A DNA stretch of 24,000 bases from Candidatus Thorarchaeota archaeon (lineage in GTDB: Archaea; Asgardarchaeota; Heimdallarchaeia; Hodarchaeales; Hodarchaeaceae): NCBI GenBank assembly GCA_048882505.1, contig JBHLRO010000030.1:11350-35349 (forward strand), given 5' to 3'. A program made the position numbers and the translations under genes. Within the stretch, counting starts at the first letter, position 1. Every line of letters begins with the position of its first letter. Below the pieces are notes generated by a model. It saw only the letters and a program-made list of their open reading frames with translations, was not told the origin of the DNA and did not search any database. Of the stretch, positions 8,068 to 16,273 are shown one piece after another.

Positions 8068-8874
8068 ATGGACTGGAAAACATGGGAAATTGAATACCAG
8101 TACATCGTTGAAGAGCTAGGGCTGGATCGCAAATCTGACTCCTATAGTGCCCAGCAACTTGAGGAAATCCTACTAAAGCATGCATCGAATCGTAAAAAAA
8201 CGATTTTGGATAAATTAATTGCAATACTTCAATATCCAATAATTATAGCTGGCGCAGGGCCTTCCTTGGAGAGAGATTTTGAACTGTTGATGATTACAAA
8301 AGGATTACGCAGAGCTTGGGTTATTTCCGCGGATGGGGCCACATCCTTATTGAAGAAGAAGTCCTTAGTCCCTCAGGTTGTGCTAACAGATCTTGACGGA
8401 GACCCTACTGCGATTGAATGGGCAATGAAGAATGGTTCAATCATTTTAATACACGCTCATGGGGACAACATCCATCTCGTAAAATCATTTTGTGAGGTTT
8501 ATGGGCCCAAATTTTCTACCTATCTTGTGTGGGGTACAACACAAACATATCCGGAACATTTATGGAATTTTGGAGGTTTTACAGACGGGGATAGGGCTAT
8601 CTGTTTAGCCCTACATTTTCAATCTCCATTAATAGCTTTAATAGGATTTGATTTTGGGAAAAAAATTGGAAAATACAGTATTCATAATTCCCCTCTCCAA
8701 AAATCTCCTGTCCGTAAAATTAGGAAGTTTGAAATCGCGCTCCGTATTATTTCATCCTCGTATCCTGATCATAAGGGATTTAGATATAATCTCACTGAAA
8801 AGGGGCAAGAAATCCCAGGTTTTACACGAATTATTGCTAACAGATTTTGGCAAGAGTGGGATCGTCTCGTCTGA
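8068..8874 (+). CDS. mptE: 6-hydroxymethyl-7,8-dihydropterin pyrophosphokinase (DUF115/MptE-like)
   Basis: ORF track 8050..8874, with ATG at 8068 preferred over the TTG at 8050. Contains IIIAGAGPSLERDFELL, VISADGATSLL, VVLTDLDGD and GGFTDGDRAICLALHF, characteristic of archaeal MptE. Confidence 0.87.
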   Translation: MDWKTWEIEYQYIVEELGLDRKSDSYSAQQLEEILLKHASNRKKTILDKLIAILQYPIIIAGAGPSLERDFELLMITKGLRRAWVISADGATSLLKKKSLVPQVVLTDLDGDPTAIEWAMKNGSIILIHAHGDNIHLVKSFCEVYGPKFSTYLVWGTTQTYPEHLWNFGGFTDGDRAICLALHFQSPLIALIGFDFGKKIGKYSIHNSPLQKSPVRKIRKFEIALRIISSSYPDHKGFRYNLTEKGQEIPGFTRIIANRFWQEWDRLV

Positions 8875-9367
8875 AGGTGTAGCTTGCCATATAGTATTGC
8901 GTTTCCCAGATTGTGACTGTTATCGAATAGATCTGTTCCCATGAAGGATGGTTCTGCAAGGTCTCGGCGAGCTTTTCGCTTAAAAGCCGAGCCAGCGTTT
9001 CCGTGGTAACATTTACACAAGGGAGGAGTTTGACCTCTGCTCTTGGGATTGAATAAACTCGATCTGTATAGCTAATTTGGAGATTGAGATCCAGTTCTGA
9101 AGTCAGAATCTCAATTCTTGGATTATGCGAAGGAAATAGCGTGTAATGATCCCAATCTGATAGTAATTGCTTTATAAGTTCCTCAAGAAAGATAAAATCT
9201 ATCAGAATACCTTCGTCTGTTACGTTGCCCGTGATCTCAACTTCTACCCGATAGTTGTGCCCATGTAGCCCTTCAACATATTCGTCCAGTACCAGAGCAT
9301 GACTGGCGCAGAAATGACTTGCATTCCTATTTATTGTCACCGAAAAAGAATGATCACGAGAATTCAA
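8837..9367 (-). CDS. 6-pyruvoyl-tetrahydropterin synthase / QueD family protein (PTPS-III-like)
   Basis: ASHALVLDEYVEGLHGHNYRVEVEITG gives the PTPS/QueD H...HGH zinc site, with Glu rather than the catalytic Cys before HGH. Confidence 0.83.
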   Translation of the reverse strand: MNSRDHSFSVTINRNASHFCASHALVLDEYVEGLHGHNYRVEVEITGNVTDEGILIDFIFLEELIKQLLSDWDHYTLFPSHNPRIEILTSELDLNLQISYTDRVYSIPRAEVKLLPCVNVTTETLARLLSEKLAETLQNHPSWEQIYSITVTIWETQYYMASYTFRRDDPTLAKIC

Positions 9368-9408
9368 TTTGAAGCCACGGAATATATCTTCTATAGTCAG
9401 CAGTACTA

Positions 9409-10368
9409 CTAATTGGTCTCTTCACCGTACCAATCGCCGCCCTTCATATCCAGAAAGGCAGAAATCGCTGCAGTAGTACCTTCACCAACAGCCACAGAAA
9501 TCTGTCCTTGTCCAGGAGTGATATCTCCACAAGCATAAACACGAGGGACACTCGTTCGCTGTTTATTGTCTACCTTTATGAGTCCATCTTGAGTTAACTC
9601 AACACCAATTTTCTTGGCTAATCCATTTGACGGGATAATCCCAATTGCCACGAAGACCGCTTTAACACGAATAGAGGACTCTTCGCCAGATTTGACATTT
9701 TTTAGAGCGATGCTTTTCACTCCCCCCATATCTGAACCTTTGATTTGTGTTACCACGGAATCCCAGACCATATTTACCCTGCTATTGTTAAGAATCTGGT
9801 CTTGCAGTTTATCCTCAGCCCGTAATTGATCACGTCGGTGGATTAAGTAGACCTCTCTCACAACATTATCAAGATAAAGCGCTTCTGTAACTGCTGAATT
9901 TCCGCCCCCAACAACAGCAACCTTTTTTTGTCTGTAAAGGGCCCCATCACAGGTTGCACAGTAGGAAACTCCTTTACCATCAAACTCCTGTTCACCTGGA
10001 ACATCGAGATGTCTGTGATAGGTTCCCATAGCTAATATAACCACTTTGCATGTGAAAGTGCCCGAAGTCGTCACTACTTCGTGAGTTTTATCCTGAGATA
10101 TAACATCAGTAACTTCCACGAGTTCCTGGATTTCCGCCCCGAATTTTTCGGCTTGCTTCCGAAGGCGTTCTCCGAATTCCAACCCAGTAACATATTCAAA
10201 TCCAGGATAATTTTCAATAAAAGGAGTTTTCGCTGCGAGTCCTCCCACTGCCTCCTTTTCTAAGACTAGAACCTTCCATCCCATTCGGGATCCATAAATC
10301 GCAGCTGCCATCCCTGCAGGTCCTGCACCAACGATAATCATATCGTAATCTGTCATAGATTCAACCAA
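9409..10368 (-). CDS. trxB: Thioredoxin-disulfide reductase-like FAD/NAD(P) oxidoreductase
   Basis: FAD-binding DMIIVGAGPAGMAAAIYG, redox CATCDG, NAD(P)-binding VAVVGGGNSAVTEAL, and C-terminal VYACGDITPGQGQISVAVGEGTTAA. The start is probably at the internal Met of MTDYDMIIVG. Confidence 0.92.
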   Translation of the reverse strand: MVESMTDYDMIIVGAGPAGMAAAIYGSRMGWKVLVLEKEAVGGLAAKTPFIENYPGFEYVTGLEFGERLRKQAEKFGAEIQELVEVTDVISQDKTHEVVTTSGTFTCKVVILAMGTYHRHLDVPGEQEFDGKGVSYCATCDGALYRQKKVAVVGGGNSAVTEALYLDNVVREVYLIHRRDQLRAEDKLQDQILNNSRVNMVWDSVVTQIKGSDMGGVKSIALKNVKSGEESSIRVKAVFVAIGIIPSNGLAKKIGVELTQDGLIKVDNKQRTSVPRVYACGDITPGQGQISVAVGEGTTAAISAFLDMKGGDWYGEETN

Positions 10369-10541
10369 GCGGAATACGGCTCTATTAGAACGCTTTCTAC
10401 GATGAAAAGGGCTTAATAACTCTTAATTACTCTTCATTTAATCCGTTATTATATATATCATCGCATGATTTAATTAAGCATTTCTTATGTATAGAGCAAG
10501 AACTAGTGACCGAGTTGAACTAGAGGAATTTGCCAGAGTAG

Positions 10542-10575
10542 TTCACCTAAAGGTTTTACGATCTGCCTAGGTGAA
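10542..10575. repeat. Perfect 8-bp inverted repeat upstream of the HerA-like gene
   Basis: TTCACCTA (10542-10549) and TAGGTGAA (10568-10575) separated by 18 nt. Confidence 0.55.
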
Positions 10576-10656
10576 AAATCGTCATCAAAATCAAAAGGCT
10601 TTTTCTTTTGGGATCAGATCTAAGTAAAGATACCTCTATGGTATGGTTGTTTAATA

Positions 10657-13299
10657 ATGAAAATAGTCAGGTCATCAACCTCAGAGATCTCATTTCTAGT
10701 TGAATCTATCGATATTCCGATGCAAGAACAGGATTTCATAATAATCACTGAACCTGAGAGAGATGGGGAAGCCCCCCAGAAATATTTGGCTCAAATTGAA
10801 AAGCTGATTCAAAACAAAGAAGGTAGTATCACAGGCAGCGCAGCAATTTTGGGGATTATAAATGCCACAGACCACAGCCTATCTGCATGTCGATTTCCTA
10901 TCTCAACAGATTCTCGTTTGGATCCGCCACCTGTCGGGCTTATTTCGAAAATCCTTTCTTCACGGGACGATAGAGGAATATATCTGGGAGATGTAATTAC
11001 CTCTGCAAACCAAAAAGAACCTTTTCTGATCACACCTAATTTTATTGAAAGACATTTGTTATGTGTCGCAACTACGGGAGCAGGGAAGTCATATAGCATA
11101 GGGGTTCTACTTGAGGAAATTCTACTGAAATTTCCAGAAGCGGCTGTCATCCTGTTCGATATTCATAATGAATATTGGGGTTTAGCTCTTCCCAATGATG
11201 GCATCGAAGTAGAGCATTTAGACCACCAAGACTACTCTCCACGGGGATTTCTAGCCAATATCTTAATCTTCGAAAAAGAATCCCTAGGTCTGGGAAGAAA
11301 GTTCGATCTACCTCGCCTCCGTCGCTTGGTGGATCTAACTGCACCACAAGAAAATTCACTCGCTACGCTCCTGGATTCGCCATTGGTCCTGGAGGACTTG
11401 ATTGAGAAAATCAAGCAAAGTGAGGATATGCATAGTGCCACGCGAGAGAATTTAATTTCTAAAATTCGAAAACTTCGTACTCTAAGATTTTTTGATTCTG
11501 AATTACCATTGGATGCCCTAGTTCGATCCGGACAGGTGTCATTGGTACGTTTGGATCAATTTGTGGATGAACGGAACAGGGGTATTGTGGTTAATGAGAT
11601 CCTTACCCAGCTGTTTGACCAGAAGATTCGTGGAGAACTTGACACCAAAGAAGTTATTATCGTTTGCGAAGAAGCACATCGTTTTTCCTCGGAAAATGAT
11701 ATTTTAGCTAGAATCTCACGTGAAGGCCGTAAGTTTGGAATCTATACCGTTCTTGTCTCCCAGCGACCAGGGGATCTTCCTGATGATATCATCGCCAACA
11801 TGAACACGCTCATAGCACTTCGTGTTCGTTCAGATAAGGATCTGACGAAAATCCGACTGATGGAGGGAATTCGGGCTGAAACGGTAGCGTTACTTCCACA
11901 CTTGTCTCGCGGAGAAGCGTTAATTGTCGGGCTTCGACAAGGTACTTATCGCCCAATTAAGGTTTTAGTTCGCCCACGTATGAGTAAACATATCGACCCT
12001 CAAATAGATCATTTGCCTGATTCAATTCCTCGATATTCACCTCACAGACAGATTGCCATTAGTCCTCCTGTTACATCAGTGCCCGAGGAGATTAAACCAC
12101 CGCCCAGCTATTCCCCACCACTTATCGATGCCATCCAAGCTTTTGATTCCAAAGATTTGAGTAATCTTTTAGCGTGCGAACACGTTTTCATCCTACATAA
12201 GCGTACTGGACTTTGTCTCTTTGATCTTAGTGTGAGCATGCTAGAAATTGATTCGCAACTCGTCTCGGGATTTTTAACAGCTATTTCAGGGTTTTTTCAG
12301 GAACTAAAGACCCAGAGTTCTGTAAAAGAAAGGCTCATTGTCCGAACTTTTGCTGAAGATATCGGCGATCGTGCTTTCGAGATAGTACAATGTGAGGGAG
12401 AATATACGGTAACTGCTGTCATCCTTGATCGCGCCCTCAAATATCTAAACAAGTTCAAACAACGAATAAGGGATTTTGTATATGTTTTTGAAAACACATT
12501 TCGGTCTCAGCTAAATTCAGCGAGTACCAGTGGTGTTATCATACACGAGGATTTTGCCATGGCCATAAAGCTTCTCGACTACTTCATGGGCTTTTCCTTG
12601 CTCATTCCCCTGCGATTAGATCCTTTTCCACCAGAAATGGAATTTTCTGATCTCTTAGGAATTATTGATTCTCAAATGGAAAGAGTAGCTAAATCTGAGG
12701 GTCTCTTTGCTGAGGAAATCGTCAATCAGTGTCTATTGGACTCTGAATATAATCTAAGGGAAATTATCCAAGCTGTCCTCCTTTTCTTACAGAAAGGAAT
12801 CTTGGTTCTGCAGGATAAAACACGAACATTACCTCCCTTTACAGAGACTTCTAGACCCGGAGATCTCATTGAATCCTCTCCAATCGAGGATATCAAGGTA
12901 AAGGAGGAACCTCTTCTCGAAAAGATGTCCGTTATCCCTCCTAAACTCTCTGAGGAAAACGAAACACTCCACATCGAGTGGTTGCCTGCTGTTATTGAAA
13001 AAATCACGCCAACTGCTCTACCAAATGCCTTGGTACCTGATATTTTAGAAAGAGATCTCATTTTTGAATCGGATTTAAGGATAAAAACGCATTCCACAAG
13101 AGTAGAAACCCTTTCAAAAACTGATCTCGATAAGTGGGCTCGAATTATGGACACGAATGGCTTTATTTTGACTCAACAGAATGGAAATCCTCTTAGCGGG
13201 ATAAAACTGATATTTGAATCAGAAGCGACGAAACTTGTCTGTTCGCTCGCAAAACTGAAGGACGGCGATTATATACTCATTCTTGGAGAAATACTATGA
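10657..13299 (+). CDS. HerA-like (DUF87) ATPase with long C-terminal extension containing a Longin/Roadblock-like sensor module
   Basis: 880 aa ORF with Walker A ATTGAGKSYSIGVLLEE, Walker B AVILFDIHNEYWG and VIIVCEEAHRF, and REGRKFGIYTVLVSQRPGDLP typical of HerA. The C-terminal part carries HVFILHKRTGLCLFDLSV...LVSGFLTAISGFFQEL. Confidence 0.85.
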   Translation: MKIVRSSTSEISFLVESIDIPMQEQDFIIITEPERDGEAPQKYLAQIEKLIQNKEGSITGSAAILGIINATDHSLSACRFPISTDSRLDPPPVGLISKILSSRDDRGIYLGDVITSANQKEPFLITPNFIERHLLCVATTGAGKSYSIGVLLEEILLKFPEAAVILFDIHNEYWGLALPNDGIEVEHLDHQDYSPRGFLANILIFEKESLGLGRKFDLPRLRRLVDLTAPQENSLATLLDSPLVLEDLIEKIKQSEDMHSATRENLISKIRKLRTLRFFDSELPLDALVRSGQVSLVRLDQFVDERNRGIVVNEILTQLFDQKIRGELDTKEVIIVCEEAHRFSSENDILARISREGRKFGIYTVLVSQRPGDLPDDIIANMNTLIALRVRSDKDLTKIRLMEGIRAETVALLPHLSRGEALIVGLRQGTYRPIKVLVRPRMSKHIDPQIDHLPDSIPRYSPHRQIAISPPVTSVPEEIKPPPSYSPPLIDAIQAFDSKDLSNLLACEHVFILHKRTGLCLFDLSVSMLEIDSQLVSGFLTAISGFFQELKTQSSVKERLIVRTFAEDIGDRAFEIVQCEGEYTVTAVILDRALKYLNKFKQRIRDFVYVFENTFRSQLNSASTSGVIIHEDFAMAIKLLDYFMGFSLLIPLRLDPFPPEMEFSDLLGIIDSQMERVAKSEGLFAEEIVNQCLLDSEYNLREIIQAVLLFLQKGILVLQDKTRTLPPFTETSRPGDLIESSPIEDIKVKEEPLLEKMSVIPPKLSEENETLHIEWLPAVIEKITPTALPNALVPDILERDLIFESDLRIKTHSTRVETLSKTDLDKWARIMDTNGFILTQQNGNPLSGIKLIFESEATKLVCSLAKLKDGDYILILGEIL

Positions 13300-13365
13300 T
13301 ATTTCAGGGAAAATTGCGCTTTAGCTTCGCCTCCTAGGAAACCAATCTGCCAGGTGTTTATGGGG

Positions 13366-15945
13366 TTACCCCATAAATTCCCGATCAACAATCATTTGTT
13401 CGTCCTTGAAAATGTCCAGATTCCCAAGCCAGGTTGGAAGAACCTTCGCATAACGCTTTTCAAAATCGACAAGAAAATCATTCAGTTTTCTTCGAAGTTC
13501 GGTAGATGTAGAATCAGCAAAGATGGCTGCAAACACCCACTTGGCATACTCAATGGTCAAAACAACATCTCCATGATCGATGGTTCTGAGGAGTTGTTCA
13601 CTCCTTACAGCTTCTTTGGCAAAAGAAGTTATGGCCGAAAAAAGACCAGCTACTAGGGCAGGTTCAACTATTGATTCTTTACCAAACGTATGGGCAAGTA
13701 CAGCGCGGCCATCAAGCATCATAACATGCAGAGAGTCGATTGTGACTTCTTCAAACGAATAAGCGAATTCCCTATGTAAAAGGGATAAAACTTGCGTTAA
13801 AGGAACCTCCAAATCGAAAGTGAGCTCATCCAAAATATGGTGAATCTCTGTGTTGCTCAAACCAGTAGCATTAGAGAGTTCTCCAATGGGACGATATTGA
13901 GTGGAGAGGGCTTGTCGTAAAACGGCGCCATCATCGATTTTCTCCCAACGCTCGTTTATTAGAGCCTTGACAGCGGGATCATCAACGGTACCAGGGAGTC
14001 CAATAAGAATAATATCGGATTTTCGGGATATTTCACCTTCCGAAGGCAACCGTGTCATATCGGAAAAAACGGATTTATATTGGGTTTTTCCTTCTCCTTT
14101 TTGTGTTCTCGTATGGAATTGAATCCGGGCAAGGAAAAGTAAGGCGCCGAAGATAAGGATTATTGCCAAAGGATGTAGAAGATTGTAAGGAATGGAAAGG
14201 ATGCCCAAAAAAGTACTACCTCCCGTTCCACGCCATATCACTGGAATTTGATGCAGCTCAGGCACCAAGAAGTAAACATCTGCAAACCTACCTGTTTTCC
14301 ACACACTCGTGAGCCATTTTAAGTTTATAACTTGACCAAAGCCGGCCAAAGTGGATTCTATTGTTATAAAAGGTGTAATCAATGGAACCCCAGCAAAACG
14401 GGGGAATCCCTGTGGAAGACCCAGGAATGTGGCCCATCCACCAGAATACCAACTGATGAGAGCCAAACTCACTGTTAAGATCGAAAGATATGTGACAACA
14501 GCAGTTCCAATTATACTCCAATTCCATCTCCGGAAAAAAAGAAGCACAAGGGCCGCAATTAGGAATGTAGCATAATTTTGCGTTAACCAAAAGAAAGTGT
14601 CATATTGGACAGTATTAATATTGACAAAAATACTTTGTATAATCACTCGATATGCAAAAAACATGAATGCTAATAAGAAGCCAATTACAACTCCGAATGA
14701 ATAGGATTTTACCGTATTACGGACGGAAATACGTTTGAAGGAGGTTCGAACGTTTTTGATGGTTTCGATTAGCTTAATAAGAAGATAAATCGAAAATGGT
14801 TCAAATATATCCAGGAATAGGATAAAAAAGATTGATACCATTAGGAAATATACGACAAAATAAGAAATTACAAATATCTGTTGCGAGAAAAGGATTAGGA
14901 AAAGAAACACTGCCAGGATTGACATGAACGCTCCGACTGTCGATAGACTTTGGACCATTGCTACATATAGCTGATTGCCCAAAAACTTCCCTTTTCGTGA
15001 TAATCGACTGGCTTTAATCAGATATACGGAGAAAACAATCGCCGCAATATAGGCAAAGAAGATCTCCAGGAACCACCCCATAGAGGTCCCTTGTAGCAAG
15101 CTAGGATTTTCCTCCTCACCAAGAGCTAGAAGAATAGTATTAAGCAAGAATAGAGTAATCGGTAGGATAGCAATCAAGACTTTTAAGAGCTCTCGCTCAT
15201 TATCCCAATCTTTCTCCTTCACGCGGATCGATATTTCTTGGAATGGAGAGTTTTCAGTTTCATATTGGATTTCTCTTATTCGTTCTCTTACCCCACGGAC
15301 TTGGAGGAATTGGTTCCGTAGATCTTCATTATCCTTTTCCAGTTCTTCTATCGCAGTAGTTAAGGCTTGAAGCTCATCCCCCGTTGCGTGCTTTTTCTGG
15401 GCCTGAAATTCTTTCAAGTTTTCTTGATTCCGTTTAATCAGTCTTTTCAAAGGTTTTCGATCATTTCGTTTATCCCCCCATGTCTGATAGAGAATTATTC
15501 CCATAGATAAGAATGGAGATATACCGAAAACAAAAGCAAGAATTACTACGGGATATGTTAGGAAGATAACGATACTGTTCACGAAATGTTGGAACAAATA
15601 TTTGACCAATAGAGGAATTGGAATAAAAATCGCTCCAGTTTGGATGACGGCTTCAGAATCCCAGACTGTTGACCATTGGTTGCTGTTTGAGATAGGATAG
15701 TATTGCTGTTCCAAGTATGCGGACGGGTTAGGAACCAAGGCATTCAAGAAGCTAGGAAAAATAAAATATGCCAAATAAAAAACACAAAAACCAATGAATC
15801 CCCTATTATAGATAGTTGCTCGTATATTATCCCTTTTTCTGCGGGTAAACAAGTATGGGATAGCTAGTACTATAAGGGGGGAGAGTGACAGGACAACCGA
15901 AACGGTCAAATTAAGGGGATCCGAAAGCGGGTCAAACAAGTCCAT
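13366..15945 (-). CDS. Large polytopic membrane protein with coiled-coil, wHTH-like and C-terminal sensor-like module
   Basis: 859 aa ORF with many hydrophobic helices, a charged predicted coiled coil (LIKRNQENLKEFQAQKKHATGDELQALTTAIEELEKDNEDLRNQ), IGELSNATGLSNTEIHHILDEL (HTH-like), and a C-terminal LHVMMLDGRAVLAHTF...LVAGLFSAITSFAKEAV module. Confidence 0.7.
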   Translation of the reverse strand: MDLFDPLSDPLNLTVSVVLSLSPLIVLAIPYLFTRRKRDNIRATIYNRGFIGFCVFYLAYFIFPSFLNALVPNPSAYLEQQYYPISNSNQWSTVWDSEAVIQTGAIFIPIPLLVKYLFQHFVNSIVIFLTYPVVILAFVFGISPFLSMGIILYQTWGDKRNDRKPLKRLIKRNQENLKEFQAQKKHATGDELQALTTAIEELEKDNEDLRNQFLQVRGVRERIREIQYETENSPFQEISIRVKEKDWDNERELLKVLIAILPITLFLLNTILLALGEEENPSLLQGTSMGWFLEIFFAYIAAIVFSVYLIKASRLSRKGKFLGNQLYVAMVQSLSTVGAFMSILAVFLFLILFSQQIFVISYFVVYFLMVSIFFILFLDIFEPFSIYLLIKLIETIKNVRTSFKRISVRNTVKSYSFGVVIGFLLAFMFFAYRVIIQSIFVNINTVQYDTFFWLTQNYATFLIAALVLLFFRRWNWSIIGTAVVTYLSILTVSLALISWYSGGWATFLGLPQGFPRFAGVPLITPFITIESTLAGFGQVINLKWLTSVWKTGRFADVYFLVPELHQIPVIWRGTGGSTFLGILSIPYNLLHPLAIILIFGALLFLARIQFHTRTQKGEGKTQYKSVFSDMTRLPSEGEISRKSDIILIGLPGTVDDPAVKALINERWEKIDDGAVLRQALSTQYRPIGELSNATGLSNTEIHHILDELTFDLEVPLTQVLSLLHREFAYSFEEVTIDSLHVMMLDGRAVLAHTFGKESIVEPALVAGLFSAITSFAKEAVRSEQLLRTIDHGDVVLTIEYAKWVFAAIFADSTSTELRRKLNDFLVDFEKRYAKVLPTWLGNLDIFKDEQMIVDREFMG

Positions 15946-16212
15946 GAAAAGGCACCATTACAATTGAATCTATCGATTATCGATAGCTAGGTTTACCTGT
16001 CTTTTTAGTTTTTTGAACCTTTTTCTATTAAACCGCAAAATCCACAATGACGGGCTCCAAAAAGTCTCATGAGTTCTCGTCACATATCTTGAAAATGAGC
16101 GCCATTAAGTCATGTGAACCCTTACATACGAATTTTTCAGAGGCTCTCGACTATATACAAGACTCTTGGGAATATGAAGAATGAATATTACACCCTAAAA
16201 ATCGAAATATCT

Positions 16213-16258
16213 TCTAGTTGATAAAACTAGAGAAAAGAAGGAATAATAAAAAAAAGGA
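16213..16258 (-). terminator. Putative transcription terminator (T-rich run plus downstream hairpin) for the 16274..18043 gene
   Basis: Minus-strand T-run (A8 on plus at about 16248-16255) just past the stop codon, then hairpin TCTAGTT (16213-16219)/AACTAGA (16225-16231). Confidence 0.45.
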
Positions 16259-16273
16259 GAGAAGAGGGGAGAT

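Noticed and set aside
7896-8132. 78 aa ORF on the minus strand at 7896..8132
   Set aside because: Overlaps the promoter and start of mptE and has no recognisable motifs. Probably spurious.
10809-13154. ORFs 10809..11150, 11147..11359, 11232..11441, 12297..12497 and 12726..13154 (-)
   Set aside because: All fall within the well-supported HerA-like CDS in alternate frames and show no recognisable family features.
13354-14590. ORFs 13354..13656 (+), 13580..13762 (+), 13901..14122 (+), 14288..14590 (-) and 14351..14575 (+)
   Set aside because: Shadow ORFs within the 859 aa membrane protein gene.
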